DNA of 64,000 nt from Puccinia triticina (taxonomy: Eukaryota). Location of the stretch: assembly GCA_026914245.1 (NCBI GenBank), contig CP110439.1, positions 7,068,001 through 7,132,000 of the forward strand, given 5' to 3'. A program made the position numbers and the translations under genes. Numbering within the stretch: position 1 is the first letter of the stretch; each line of letters starts with the position of its first letter. Shown here piece by piece: positions 47,401 through 59,283 of the stretch. The notes beneath the pieces were generated by a model. That model was not told where the DNA came from, did no database searches, and was given only the letters and a program-made list of their open reading frames with translations.

Positions 47401-49416
47401 CAGGAAAGACATTCTTGCTCAACACGATTATTGACAAAGCTTTGCTGGATGGCATCAAATTTATTGTTGCCGCATCCTCAGGGGTGGCGGCTCTTCTTTT
47501 GAAACACGGGCAGACTGCTCACTCGGCGTTTAAAATACCAATCGACGCGCCTGAAAACTCTGAGTGTACTATTGAACCGGACACGATCCTTGGACAGCAG
47601 GTCAAGGAGGCTAGGCTCGTCATATGGGATGAGATCGTCACAATCCACAGGAATGTGATCGGTGCGGTCGACAAGACGCTTAAGCGCATTTGTGGCAATG
47701 ATTTATCTTTTGGTGGGAAAGTTGTTATCTTTTCAGGTGACTTCCAACAAATATTACCGGTCGTCAAGTATAACGAATTCCCTACAGCTGAGCAGGCGAC
47801 AATCAAGTCTTCGCCAATCTGGCCAAATATTTTCACCTTCCATTTGACGAAGAATATGAGGCTGGCTCGTGCTTTATCTGGCCCGGTAGAAACGAGGACG
47901 AAAAACATCACCTTTTGTAAAGCACTGCTTGCGCTCGGCGAAGGTCAGGGTCAGACTCAGGACTTCGGCGTCGTAGACCTACGGGGAATCAATGTCCGTT
48001 CACTTGCAACGCAGGAAGAGATGCGGGCAAGCCTGATATCGTTTGTTTATGGGGGTCTCACCGGGAGCCTTAACTCGAACATTGACAACTTGACAAATTA
48101 CCTGAACGAGAGGTGCATACTAGCACCACTCAACCGAGATGTTCAAAGGATAAACGCTCAAGTCCTCTCACTGCTGCCGGGCCCCGGGATTATAATTAAA
48201 TCACTCGACACGCCAGATCCGGATGCGTTCGGATTGTTACCGGAAGAATGTCTCAATAAAATTTCGCTTTCTGGATTCCCTGAGCACGAGATTGAGATCA
48301 AGATTGGCATGCCGTTAGTTGTGATCAGAAATATGGCGATCGGGAAAGGCTTGTGCAATGGCTCGAGAATCGTCGTAACGGACGTCGGGCAGGCTTACAT
48401 TGTAGGCAGATTAATGGCCGGGCCTTTCGCGGGGAACATCGTCACATTGCCGCGCGCGAAGTTGCACAACAAGGGAAACGCGAAATCAGGTCTGTCGTTC
48501 TACAGATACCAATTTCCAGTGGCGCCAGCGTATTCCATGTCTGTAAACAAGAGTCAAGGTCAAACCTTGAACAAGGTTGGAGTATTCCTTGAAACCGATG
48601 TATTCTCGCATGGGCAGCTGTATGTGGCGCTCTCGCGGGTGTCAAACGTCGATGATCTCCTCGTAGTGAAACCTTCATGCCGCGCGGGGACAATCAATGT
48701 TGTCCATAAATCCATCTTTGCTCTTTGACTCAAGCATCCCTAAATTTTGACCGTTATCCCTGACATGATGTACATAACTCGCGCGAAACTCGCCCAGCAA
48801 TACATTCAGGTTCATCCTTGTAATAAACACGAGTCAATAAGCAAGGAATTTATAGTTGACCAGGTTTCTATGCAGCTGCACCCCTTTGGGATTGCCTTCT
48901 CGGCGCGCTGGGTGTCATTGACCCAATCCTTGCAGCCCCTCTAGAATAGGTTGGGGGTTGGGTGGGTGTTTATTCTTTATTTTTTATTTATTTTTATTTT
49001 TGAGTAACATACAGGGGAAACCCTTGGAGTTTGTGCTCATGATTGGTTGCCTTTAACAGTCGTGTGGGCACTGGGACTTGAGGTGAACCCCGCAGTGGCG
49101 CAGCCGCCTCAGCCTCTAGTGTAAAATAAAATGCATGGGCAATGTTCAACACAATAAATTCAATTTATTGGAAAATTTTCCACTATACCTAATCTACAAC
49201 CCTATCACTGCAAATTTTGATGACAAAGAGAATGTTTTGATTTCTGTAGGTAAATAAAGTCATCAAGGCTTTATACCGGATGTTTGTGGTCCCTGTATCT
49301 TGATGAGAAGTTGTCAGCCTTAAATAATAAAAAGCCACTGGCTCAAAAACAAAATAGTGAAAGGCTGTCTTGAGAACTCTTTTCCCACAAACCAACTTGA
49401 TAAATATATACAAATA

Positions 49417-51243
49417 ATGAAGAACTACCACCTCCTCACTTTTTTCAGTTTTTTTATTGTCTGTCATGCAACGCAAGAATCTCTGCCTGATTCAATTTCT
49501 AACATTCATTCAGACAGTCAAGTAATTCAGCACCAACTCCCCAATCACTCAAGTCACTCATCCAGTTTCTCAATTCACCCAGAAACAAGCAATGATGAAT
49601 GGTCAAATTGCATAGCTCATACCCCACTGGCCCTGATTGATGTGAAAAATGGAAACACCATGTCCTCACTAGAAGAGCTAAAATATGCAGGCCAAGAGTT
49701 ACAACTCACTTCAAGTGGTCAATTACAGGCTCATAAATGTGACTCTGTCCCAACAGATCTTGATCCTTGTCAATTTCACCATCAAGATTCCCAGTGGTTT
49801 TCTTCTACACATTTGCCCTATCCAACTGGTTGGGTTACTCCAAATTCAAGTCACCATCCTTTTGAAAAATTTCAGAGTGAATCATCCAGCCTCAGGATTC
49901 CTGATAATTTTGACTATAATCTGAAATTACAAATTTTGCCCATGAGAAAACAAAAAGAATCCTACTTTTATGAGGCTTCCAAATTGAAATACCAGTCCTC
50001 TGAGTCAAAAAATGAGATAGATTTCTTGGGAAAATCTTGCATATCCCCACATACAGAACCCACACACATTCACAACCTTGAAAATAACAGTGCATATTCC
50101 TCCTCCAAGGGGAATTCTAAATCAAGGAGGCCTTTGATTGAAAACTCTAACAATCATATTTCTAACACACATATAGAATCAGATAAGGAGCACAAGAAGG
50201 CAAAATTGAGTATTCTTAAATCTGAAATTGACCACCAGCCTGAAAAAATTGGTCTATCACCCAAAGATCCAGAAGGTGGACCTCTAGAAGTTGAATCCTC
50301 CAACAATCACAATCAAGCAGCCATAAAAAGTTTTTTACTGCCCCTGAAAGGCATGATTCCTAGAATTGGTGTTGAAAAAAACCCATCCAGGATCACAAAT
50401 CAAACTTCCCAATCCCATCAGATTGGTTTGGTAGGTCAACGTAGAAAATTTATAAACTCATGGCTTTTGGATGCAGATCTAACAATTAGAAGCTTAGATT
50501 TTGACCTCAATTCAGTTAAGGTTAAACACTCATCTCCAGATATCAAAAAGAGATTGGAAAATCTCTTTAAATCACTCATACCATATAATGGCAAAAACAT
50601 TCATGTGGAAATTAAAGAAGCCCAATATGTTTTTGCTGAATTGAATTCAATTTACAATTTGGGAAAGGTTACTTCCAAGAGTGCCTCTCACTCTCTTATG
50701 AAAAGATTGCTTTATCAACTTTACTCTAATCAAGACCAATGGTTTAAATTTTGGTTTAGAAGGACTAAAATCACAATTGAAGATGAAATGGAATACAGAC
50801 ATGTAAATGAAAAGATTTTGCTTCAGTACTGTTTATTCTTTGTTGATATGATAGATACTATCATTCCACCAGGTGTTGAGGCAGATCTCCCATTGACTGA
50901 ACAGGAAAAAGGATCAATGAAACAAAAGTTATTCAAAGAAGCAATATATACATTCCAAGATTTCAAAATCAATTCATCAAATTATAAATCTGAGAAAGTA
51001 GAACAGAAAGAATATTTTCGTCAAAGAGCTCCCAACTTGATATGGCATTACCTGTATTACTGGATTAGGAAATCAAAAGAAAGAAAAGATCTATATCACA
51101 TTGCTATCCACTCAAAAACAGGGGAAAAAAATCATAGCTTCAGAAAATTCTTCAACACAGTTTTCAAATTTTCTGCAGAAGAATTGAACAAGAGATTGAC
51201 AAAAAGTCCATCATTTTCCAACATATTTTCTAATAAATTATAG
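49417..51243 (+). CDS. 608-aa intronless, putatively secreted protein; paralogue of 10952-13945 with a single module
   Basis: ATG at 49417 aligns with the paralogue start. Signal-like MKNYHLLTFFSFFIVCHA. Shared blocks EWSNCIAHTP, YCLFFVDMIDTIIP and FFNTVFKFSAEELNKRLTKSPSFS. Confidence 0.85.
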   Translation: MKNYHLLTFFSFFIVCHATQESLPDSISNIHSDSQVIQHQLPNHSSHSSSFSIHPETSNDEWSNCIAHTPLALIDVKNGNTMSSLEELKYAGQELQLTSSGQLQAHKCDSVPTDLDPCQFHHQDSQWFSSTHLPYPTGWVTPNSSHHPFEKFQSESSSLRIPDNFDYNLKLQILPMRKQKESYFYEASKLKYQSSESKNEIDFLGKSCISPHTEPTHIHNLENNSAYSSSKGNSKSRRPLIENSNNHISNTHIESDKEHKKAKLSILKSEIDHQPEKIGLSPKDPEGGPLEVESSNNHNQAAIKSFLLPLKGMIPRIGVEKNPSRITNQTSQSHQIGLVGQRRKFINSWLLDADLTIRSLDFDLNSVKVKHSSPDIKKRLENLFKSLIPYNGKNIHVEIKEAQYVFAELNSIYNLGKVTSKSASHSLMKRLLYQLYSNQDQWFKFWFRRTKITIEDEMEYRHVNEKILLQYCLFFVDMIDTIIPPGVEADLPLTEQEKGSMKQKLFKEAIYTFQDFKINSSNYKSEKVEQKEYFRQRAPNLIWHYLYYWIRKSKERKDLYHIAIHSKTGEKNHSFRKFFNTVFKFSAEELNKRLTKSPSFSNIFSNKL

Positions 51244-51624
51244 ACTTCTTTCAGCTTTTCAATTCCTCAAAAATTGAGCTGATTGATGCTCCTCATTACC
51301 AACGGGTGGGGCCAGCCAATCCAGCGCAGTTGAACATGATTTGATGGTCAGGCCTTCAAATCATCTTTCTCCATCATATAACCCTCTCCCTTTCCCTTTG
51401 CCTTTCAGTTGTCGGCCAGCCGCTGAGCTGGCTTTCCCATCTGTGTACCCCTACCCCTTCCAGGAGTCACACTTTACTTCATGCTCACGGGCTCCATCAT
51501 ATATTTGCCGGGTGTTTTCATCTCAGTTTCTCTCTGCTATCAACATCTCAGCATGCTTCTTTTCTCTTGTCTTCGAACGTGTATTTTTAAATCAGAGTCA
51601 CTTGCGAGTGATCTCAGCTGAGAA

Positions 51625-51840
51625 AAAGGTGCAAGTACCGCTGGTACCCGCTCAGCTAATTAAATGGATCAGGATTAAGATTGTGCTCAAGATCAACTTC
51701 ATTTTCCGAATATTTACACTGCTGGTACCTCTGGTACCGGCGGCAAGTACCGCCCGCACCAGCCAGGCGGTGCCAGGTGCGGTGTCGGCCGTCCGTTTTG
51801 GGTCAAGAAACAGGCGGTACCCGGGTACTATTTACCTTAG
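51625..51840. repeat. Remnant of a hAT-related subterminal repeat
   Basis: CCAGGCGGTGCCAGGTGCGGTG is the reverse complement of the hAT subterminal motif at about 17290. GGTACC-rich. Confidence 0.5.
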
Positions 51841-52238
51841 TATCGACATAGGCCCGCCAAAGAGGGCATCCAATTATGAATGCGAGTTGCTGTTGGGAGG
51901 AGTCCGTACATGGGTCTCGAAGGGCATAACAAACAGAAGATTCTTTTCTGAGAATCCCTTTAAATGGTTGTTTCGGGACAAAATATTTCCTTCTGTGGGT
52001 TTGAATTTACATGAACGATGTGCTTTAAGTAAGTGCATGCAACAAGGGAACGAAGTACATGGGTTTAAAAAGCTGGATTTTACAACTGAAGAAATGAAAG
52101 GAGAAAATCGAGCTGTGGTACAAATATTTATGAGATCAGAAATCTCCACGCTTCTGTACATCCAATAATCAAATTTAAATTCTACGGAGTGCAAGTCAAT
52201 TGATTAGAACGGCTTGGGGCTTCAGTTACTAGGTTCTC

Positions 52239-53635
52239 TTAGTACTGTTTTCCTGGAATCTAGAGTTGGGGAGTTGGGAGTTAGTAATCCGTCACAACAG
52301 GGGGAGAAAAAATTGGGAATCAAACTTACTACTGGTAAGGAACTGGAAAGGCCTCCGTCGATTGGGATGGCTGTGCCAGTGATGTCTACCGAGTAATAGA
52401 AGACAGAGAATCGTCAGAGTTTAACGCGGACAAGAGGAATGAGATAATGGGGCTGACAAGATGAATCATCACTAGCCAAGAAAAGGACAACACTGGCCAC
52501 TTCATCAGCAACCGCATAACGTCTGAGGGAGCAAAGTTGTCCGATCTTGGATTTATCCTTAGCCATCTCGAAGAGAGGGCCCGTTATTTGGGTCTGAATC
52601 AGTCCAGGACAGACGGCATTCACCCTGATGTCCGCGCCGGGATAGGCATTAGCGCCGGTGGAAGCCAACGAGATGACGGCGGCCTTCGAGGCCGAATACT
52701 CCGTCGAACCCGCGCCTGAGCGAAGCCCGGCCGCCGAAGAGGTTAAGATAATACTCCCGCCTCGTCCAGCTCCTTCCCCTTTCCCTTTCAACATCGCTTC
52801 CGAGGCATACTTTAACGCTAGCCAGCACGACATCGTGTTGATCCGAATCACTCTCTCGCCCGTCTCGTAGCTTGTCTTGCCAATAGGCGCCGCCCCTGCC
52901 ACACCAGCCTGTTATGGATCATCAGTTCAATTAGCCCTGCTGCTTTTTTCATCTCGGCCATCTCACGTTTGCGAAAAACACATCCAGCCGTCCATGCTCG
53001 TCTATCGCTTTTTGACAGACCGATCGGACCATATTTTCGTCTGCTGCATCGCCGACGATAGTTGAGAGCTAAATCAAGCTCAATTCTAATTAATCCAAGC
53101 GTAGCTCAAGCTGTCAGGGTCAGTTCTAAGTCTCAGTACTAACACCAATCTTCGAATTGAGGCTTTGAAGATGTTTCACTAAGGCGGGGAATTTGTCACC
53201 CTTCAAATCGATAAGATATAAATGTTTGGCCTCTGGTGTTTAAGCAAATGCGTAAAGAAGTGATTAAGTCCCACAAGCATAAATTTTCAGAAAGCAATGA
53301 AAAAGTTGAACAAACTGACCTTCTTTAGCAAACAGAACTGCTGTAGCCCAGCTAACAATAACATTGTAGAGACCCCTCAATCAGTTGTCAGAAGGGAATG
53401 ATGATATTAGACTAGCCTCACCCAATCCCCAGCTCATGACCGACGCCCGTAAGGATGCAAACCTGAAAAAATCCAAGCGAATCCCAATTAGCTTTCGAAA
53501 AGAAAGATGTATGTAATCATCTGGAAGTGAGCAGGTTAGGATTTGATTCTTGACCTTATCGGACAACTTTTTGCTCGAGTTTCTCGCCTTGAAATGGTTA
53601 GCGATTTGTTGAAGTCGGTCGGTCGGTGTTGACAT
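52239..53635 (-). CDS. Short-chain dehydrogenase/reductase (classical SDR), multi-exon
   Basis: ILTGVGHELGIG, HGRLDVFFAN/AG, GSIILTSS, catalytic YSASK, IRVNAVCPG and ITGTAIPIDGG. Last exon IPGKQY*. GT-AG introns. Confidence 0.92.
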
Positions 53636-53718
53636 GGTCCAGTGTTTTTCAAGTTGTGAATGATTATGCAGCTTGAATAAAGCCCTCGAACGGATGGCAT
53701 CACCGGTGACGTCAGGTA

Positions 53719-54349
53719 CAGTGCCCCCCACGACTTCTCAACTACCCCTACAGGGGGGTTCCAAATTTTGGAGATTTTCTTTCCAAAAATTCTTGTAAAA
53801 GTGGGCTGATGCTGGGCTCTTTTTGGCCCATTTTTTGATGCAAATGTCACATTTCACCAACCAGACCTGGTAACATGCATGATAATAGTCCAAAGTCGTT
53901 GAAATTTCACTGGACTTGCTGCCAAGAGAGCAATGAAGAAATATTCTTCACATTGCCACATTCCAAAGAGTGTACTGATGGATGTGGCAATCATCAATAA
54001 CTAAGGAGGTACATATTTACATAAATACCTACACCTGTAGTATGTATGTACATAGATAATTTAGTCTCTAAGTACATAATAAATATTCCATATGTCCATA
54101 GTACATGTCTGTAACCACATACTATGGTCTTAAAACCAGCTGTTCCAAATTTTGCATCTGGAAAAAATGAAACTTTTTTTTGAGGCATTGCACAGACTTC
54201 AAAGTTATATTTTTGAGTTCTCCTACATCTGTAGGGCTCAAAAATGTATAGCTTACATGTGATACATGTCTGGTGACTTTGAACACATTGTTCAAAGTTC
54301 AATTTTTTTTTGCAGGTGCGGGGTAGTTGAGAAGTTGTGGGGGGCACTG
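53719..54349. mobile_element. Tc1/mariner-type MITE (631 bp)
   Basis: 30-bp TIR CAGTGCCCCCCAC(G/A)ACTTCTCAACTACCCC, flanked by TA on both sides. Confidence 0.9.
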
Positions 54350-54389
54350 TACCCCTGGGAAAGCCGGGGTCAAGGACCGAGGTGGACTC

Positions 54390-55670
54390 CGAGCTTAACT
54401 AAGCCTCTCCGAGGAGGCGCTTGCTGTGGCTGGCAGCCCCTCCCGCAGGGAGGGACTTGCGCGTAATGTCAAATTTTTGGCTGGCAAAGAAATCACAAAT
54501 GGCTGGAGGGAAAATATTAAGCCTCAGTTAGCCTCCCCCTCAGGTCCTGTGGACCTGCCCCAGAGCCAAAAGATACTCCTGGACCTCAGCTTTCATTTGG
54601 CACCGGTCTCATCTCCTCAATCCAAACCATTTGCACTGTACTAATGTTTTAAAAATAAAAAAACATGAAGAAATGTAAACTAAGGATGCGCAACCATCAT
54701 GCCTGGTGGATCCTGGATCCGCAAACCCGCAGATCCTACACATATAGTTTTGCATTTTGTTGCAGATAGGAAACTCAATTGTACATATTATCAGAAAATC
54801 CAAAAATGGATCTTCAGAGCAATGTAATATCCTTCAGGATTCCTTTGACCTTCAAAACAGATTCCTTCAATCACTTTTGGAGCTTTTTGCTCAAAATTTT
54901 GGTTGAGGGTATGCATCAGCACTGCCAATGAAACTGTCTATTCAGTTTTCTTTCTACATATTTTGCTGATTTTGAAATAATTATTTAGTGGCTTGGGGGT
55001 TGAATATCCTTCTTTTCCCTGCCAGACTTCAGACATTAGGCGTAAGCCTCTCCTGGGGAGAGCCCTCCGGGCGGGGTCCCCCGGACCCTCCGTTTGAGAG
55101 GCTTAGTCAAGCTAGCTTAGGACTAAAGCCGGATTCTTGGCCTGAGGCTGACAAGGTTTTTTGAAGAAAATGAGCAATTTTGTTTTTACATTTATTTGAT
55201 GATTAGCTCTACGGTTTTACTCCAAATCCCAGCTGACCATTTTGTAGCCCTTGATCTCAGCTATCTTGTACATATTTTTTCAAGTATTCTCAACAAGCCA
55301 TTCTTGCCAGGGCTGTTTCTGAGCAATTTGATGGACCCATCGGGCCACTTGCTGGTCAAGATTGGACAGGTTCTCACAATTTGGGCTCACCAGACCTCCC
55401 AAGGCAGTTTTTTTACATCACAATTACTTCCAAGGGATGAGGATACAACTTTGATGGGATAAATGGTAACATGTACAACAAGGAGCTGATTCTAATGGTA
55501 CTGGAGGCTGTGAAGAAATCCAAGGGGTATGCGGTGATATGTGGATTAGAAGGATTTTTTGGCCATTTGGCTGGGCAGCCTCAGGCCAAATGTCAGACAT
55601 TAGGCACAAGTCCCTCCCGCAAGCGGGAGAGTGCTCGCGCCCCGCGAGCACAGGGAGGGACTTGTGTTTG
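54390..55670. mobile_element. Cluster of decayed MULE-like MITE pieces related to 4659-8135
   Basis: Inverted ends AGCTTAACTAAGCCTCTC (54392) and GAGAGGCTTAGTCAAGCT (55096-55113). AAGTCCCTCC...GGAGGGACTT unit at about 55608-55663. TSD not confirmed. Confidence 0.5.
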
Positions 55671-56700
55671 GGTGGACTCACTCCGCATTCGAACGGTGAC
55701 GGCCGGCGGCGGATGCCGCCAGCCGCCCCGCAGGGACGACTCGACTTACCCAGATTCAGATTTATGCTTGACACGTCAAAATATGCATACAGACATACAG
55801 GGCCCACGTGTTCGGAATTCACGACACGTGTTGCATCTTAGAAGTCACGGAGTAAACCCGGAGGAGAGCAGGAGGAGAGGGCGCTGCCAAGAGCTCACTC
55901 GGGTACAATGTATGTATATTGGGTTGGTGTTGTTGATGATTATGTAAAAGACTTTTTGCCTTCTTTTTTCTTACATTGATCCTTCCATTTACAGCTGCTC
56001 GTCCCTTCAATTTCTTTCCATTGACCGGAAGCTCCTGCTCAACCCGTTCCAGGTGCGGAGGTGTTTCCTGGTGTCTTGCGTTTCACGCTAACCCAAACAC
56101 GCGTCTCGATTGAATGTAGTACATACCTTCGATCCGAGCTCCTCCTTTCAATTGGAGGACTGCCCTTCAAAACCCCAAGCAGCGCACATGTGATTCATGG
56201 ACATCAGGTGAAGGGAACTGGTTTGCTATCCTCAAAGTAAGCCTAAGGCTGCACAACCAACGACATGTCTTCCAATGTTGTTTTTTGGGACAGTTGAGCT
56301 CAATACAGGTCACGCTGATAGGAACACTGTGGGCGCGCCTCAACCATATTGGGGTACATACCCGGTATCCAAGCTCAAACACGGGTGGTGAGCCCAAGGC
56401 GCGAAGCCGACTCGAGCATAACCCGGGTACTGCACAGTACTATGTAGGTAGGGGGTGTTTCTTTACAACCTGTATGCACATTTTGCACTCCAAATTTTCA
56501 TCCAGTCGATGCTGGCTATTTCTTCCCTTGCACGCATCCAAAGGTTGGTGGCTCCTTGGACGCAGTACGTAGGATTTTCATCCCACTCTTTCCCTTTCCC
56601 CACCATCCTTACACACTCTCAATGCTCTCTAATAGTGTTACTTACCCTCCACAAACTTCAATCTTGAATATATCAATTCTCGTGACTTTGCTCCAGGATC

Positions 56701-57162
56701 ATGAAAGCCCGGCTCGAGTCATCGGTCATCTTTCTAAGCTTCACCATACTCTATCTGTCGTCGATTTCGGAGGCTTACTTGATAACGACAACGATCAGCC
56801 AGCTCGACCAACTATCCTCCTCAAATTCCAAACAGGACGTGAACAATTTCCACATTTCTACTCCGAAGCTCTTACACGAATTCATTTTCCCATCCGGCCA
56901 GGTGGACGTCGACGCAGTGCTGGCATTGATTTCGGCAAGATTATCATACATTCCTTTCTTTAACAAGGTCCAAACAGATCCAATTGGATGCGATTGTCAT
57001 TCGAGTTCCCAACATACCATCAAATCAACTAATTGGTCAGCAAGAAATAACCCTACAGTCAGAAAACTTCGTCAAAGTTTGCCGTCCTTGGAACAACACC
57101 TAAGTCCAAAATTTACCCCGAAGAAGGGGCACTCGATCAAAAGGGAAAAATGCTTCGAATAG
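56701..57162 (+). CDS. Candidate small secreted protein, 153 aa
   Basis: ATG just after a splice acceptor (CTCCAG at 56696). Signal-like MKARLESSVIFLSFTILYLSSISEA. No recognisable domain. Confidence 0.45.
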   Translation: MKARLESSVIFLSFTILYLSSISEAYLITTTISQLDQLSSSNSKQDVNNFHISTPKLLHEFIFPSGQVDVDAVLALISARLSYIPFFNKVQTDPIGCDCHSSSQHTIKSTNWSARNNPTVRKLRQSLPSLEQHLSPKFTPKKGHSIKREKCFE

Positions 57163-58469
57163 TCGGTCAAAAACGAAATCTTTGGACTCTGCCGCTCGCT
57201 ATCTCCCACAAGACCACACGGACTCCCGGTCACAGCACTTTACAGAACGCTGTTGTATCAATCGCAACTTTCTATCCGCTCTTTTGATTCATTTCTTTCT
57301 CCCTCTTATTACTCAGCTTCCAAGAGCGAATTTTCAAGATACCAATCTTAATGGAACTATCTCCTTTAATTTATTTGTCTCTCTTCGGTATTTCGACGGA
57401 TTTTATTTGGGAAAACAACATTGATAAAAGACAAACAGCATGCATCAAGTGTTAATAAACATCTCTCAATCGTAAACATTTGATAAAATTTACATGGTCG
57501 CCATAGACAAAATTATTGTTTTCGTTGAAGGAGAAGTATATCGTGAGCTCATACGTTGTATTTGCACTAGGATAATGGAAACAAAATAAAACGAGACTTT
57601 ATTGCCTATTGAATATGAAATGTATGTGATGGGATCAAGAAGCCACTGATGAATCTTTGTGGTGTTGTGCATTTGGTACAAACTCAGTGAGGAAAAACTT
57701 GGACGGGTTATGAATCTATGCACAGTTTTCAATGATATGTGTGGTCCAAACCGTTTGAGTCTGGCTGATGTGAGTTGAGAAAAAGCAGAAAAAATAAAAA
57801 TTTCACAAGATAGTACAGAATATCCCAGAAAGCTTCCTTCCAGGGGCCTGACCGCTCCCATTTGCAAGATTTTTTATGCCACTGTAATCTTCAGCCTCAC
57901 ATCCTGTACCCCTTTATAGGTCAAGTGTATTTCAAGGGCACTTGCCTTGTGGACATACAATTTCAAATCTGAAATTAGAGGTGATGTTTTTTAAATGTAT
58001 TTTTACTCTTTCTGATAACAGCTTGATTTGGAATTCAGTAAAAATTCAAGATATTTCTCCACCAGAATCTCTTGGTCTTGGCTTACGAATTGCCTAATCA
58101 CAACACCCACTGGGTTCAGGCTTATGTGGGCTTGGAGCTCTGGTGATTGCAGACCATTGAAAACAACAAATTTTGGTTGGGTTTATATTCCAAGTGTATC
58201 GCCACATTTGGCTTTCAAAATCGATGGTTACAACCTTTTTGCGAGAGATCATGACAAGAAAATTATAATACTGGCATCCAAACAATTAAATAGACTTGAA
58301 TAGATTGACACTGGCTGAAAAATTGTTCGTTGAGATCAAATGCGTTGATGTGGGGTATATAAGACGGCTACTGTGATTGCAATTCCTTGTGATGTTTTTG
58401 CTCTACGCGGGATGTTTTCCGTTTTTTTTTCTTTCTCCAGGGCCAAGATCTAATTGCTCTGTTGTGGAC

Positions 58470-59283
58470 TCAATGTTTATTGTAAAAGTCACGAAACCAC
58501 TGCTGTGAAATCACGTGGGCTTGCTCAATGGCTCCGATTTGGGACTCAAACCATTCATTGTTGAGTGACTGTTGCTGGGAGATAACCCGCATCTCAATCA
58601 ATTCACAAATTCGTGCGACTTGAATAATGCCCAGTGAGGCTGCCTAAAAGAATGTAACAACATTGAGTATACTCGGCGTTCACTGGTCTATCTGATAACC
58701 GAAGTGGACTCACCGATCCGCGCAAGAAATGTGCCAGTCTAGCCAATGTGTGGTAGTCCGAAGGTTGTCTTTCAGGCAAGGTTGACGTGTGTTGCGAGGG
58801 CATCAGCATTTCAATTAAGATTTCGAGTGACAGTGATTTCGTTTGGGGAAATTCAGCTCACAAGGCACTTCTCATCTGTTCCAAAGTTCTACTTCCATCT
58901 TCGTAATAGAGATCGATTAGCCCGTGAGTGAAGCTGAATGAAGAGTTTTCATCCTCCATGGCCAAAAGCTGTTTGAAAACTTCCGTATCGATAATTGGAG
59001 AGCTAGGCGAAGCCGAGGGTATTGCACTTTGACGGGGCGTCGTTGGTGAAGGAGGGATCTCGGCTGCATTTTTTGATCCTGAGATAAGTGGATTCCCTTG
59101 AGGGCGTGGTGTCCTTGGGAAAGGGTACTGAAAAAAAAAAACATTTCTATCAGTCAAAACGAAGCGTCTCTCGAGATTTGAAGGGGGTCTGGTAGGACAG
59201 GAAAGAGGTCTGCTCACCCCCTCTCCCGGAGTACGGGCAGAGTTAAGTGGTTGAGAGCGGTTTGATGAAGACGAGTCGGACAT
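58470..59283 (-). CDS. YPD1: Histidine-containing phosphotransfer (HPt) protein, Ypd1-like, 4 exons
   Basis: IIDTEVFKQLLAMEDE..FSFTHGLI...LARLAHFLRGS/AASLGIIQVARICELIE...WFRDFYNKH*. Frame is continuous across three GT-AG introns. The start could be the upstream ATG at 59316. Confidence 0.88.

Larger units (their letters stand above)
41140..48728 (+). pseudogene. Helitron RepHel (Zn finger, HUH Rep, Pif1 helicase), interrupted; true start probably further upstream
   Basis: CAKCQALHF...STC|CQKDKV is split by the LTR element. Rep motifs FITMTAN, VEFQKRGLPHLH and YLYKYITKG (the last out of frame after a lesion at ~46287). Helicase motifs GPGGTGKT, IWDE, GDFQQILP, SQGQTL and HGQLYVALSRV. Confidence 0.92.
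37638..49119 (+). mobile_element. Helitron of autonomous type (11.5 kb including the nested LTR element)
   Basis: 5' TC after a host A, and 3' CTAG followed by a host T, with a short GGCG-CAGC-CGCC hairpin before the end. Encodes Rep HUH and Pif1 helicase. Joining the flanks restores sequence homologous to 10440-10950. Confidence 0.92.

Noticed and set aside
49357..49416. 20-aa N-terminal extension in the ORF track
   Set aside because: Non-ATG start; the paralogue alignment places the start at 49417.
51341..52168. 275-aa ORF
   Set aside because: It crosses a hAT-related repeat remnant and the SDR 3' region, with no recognisable protein features.
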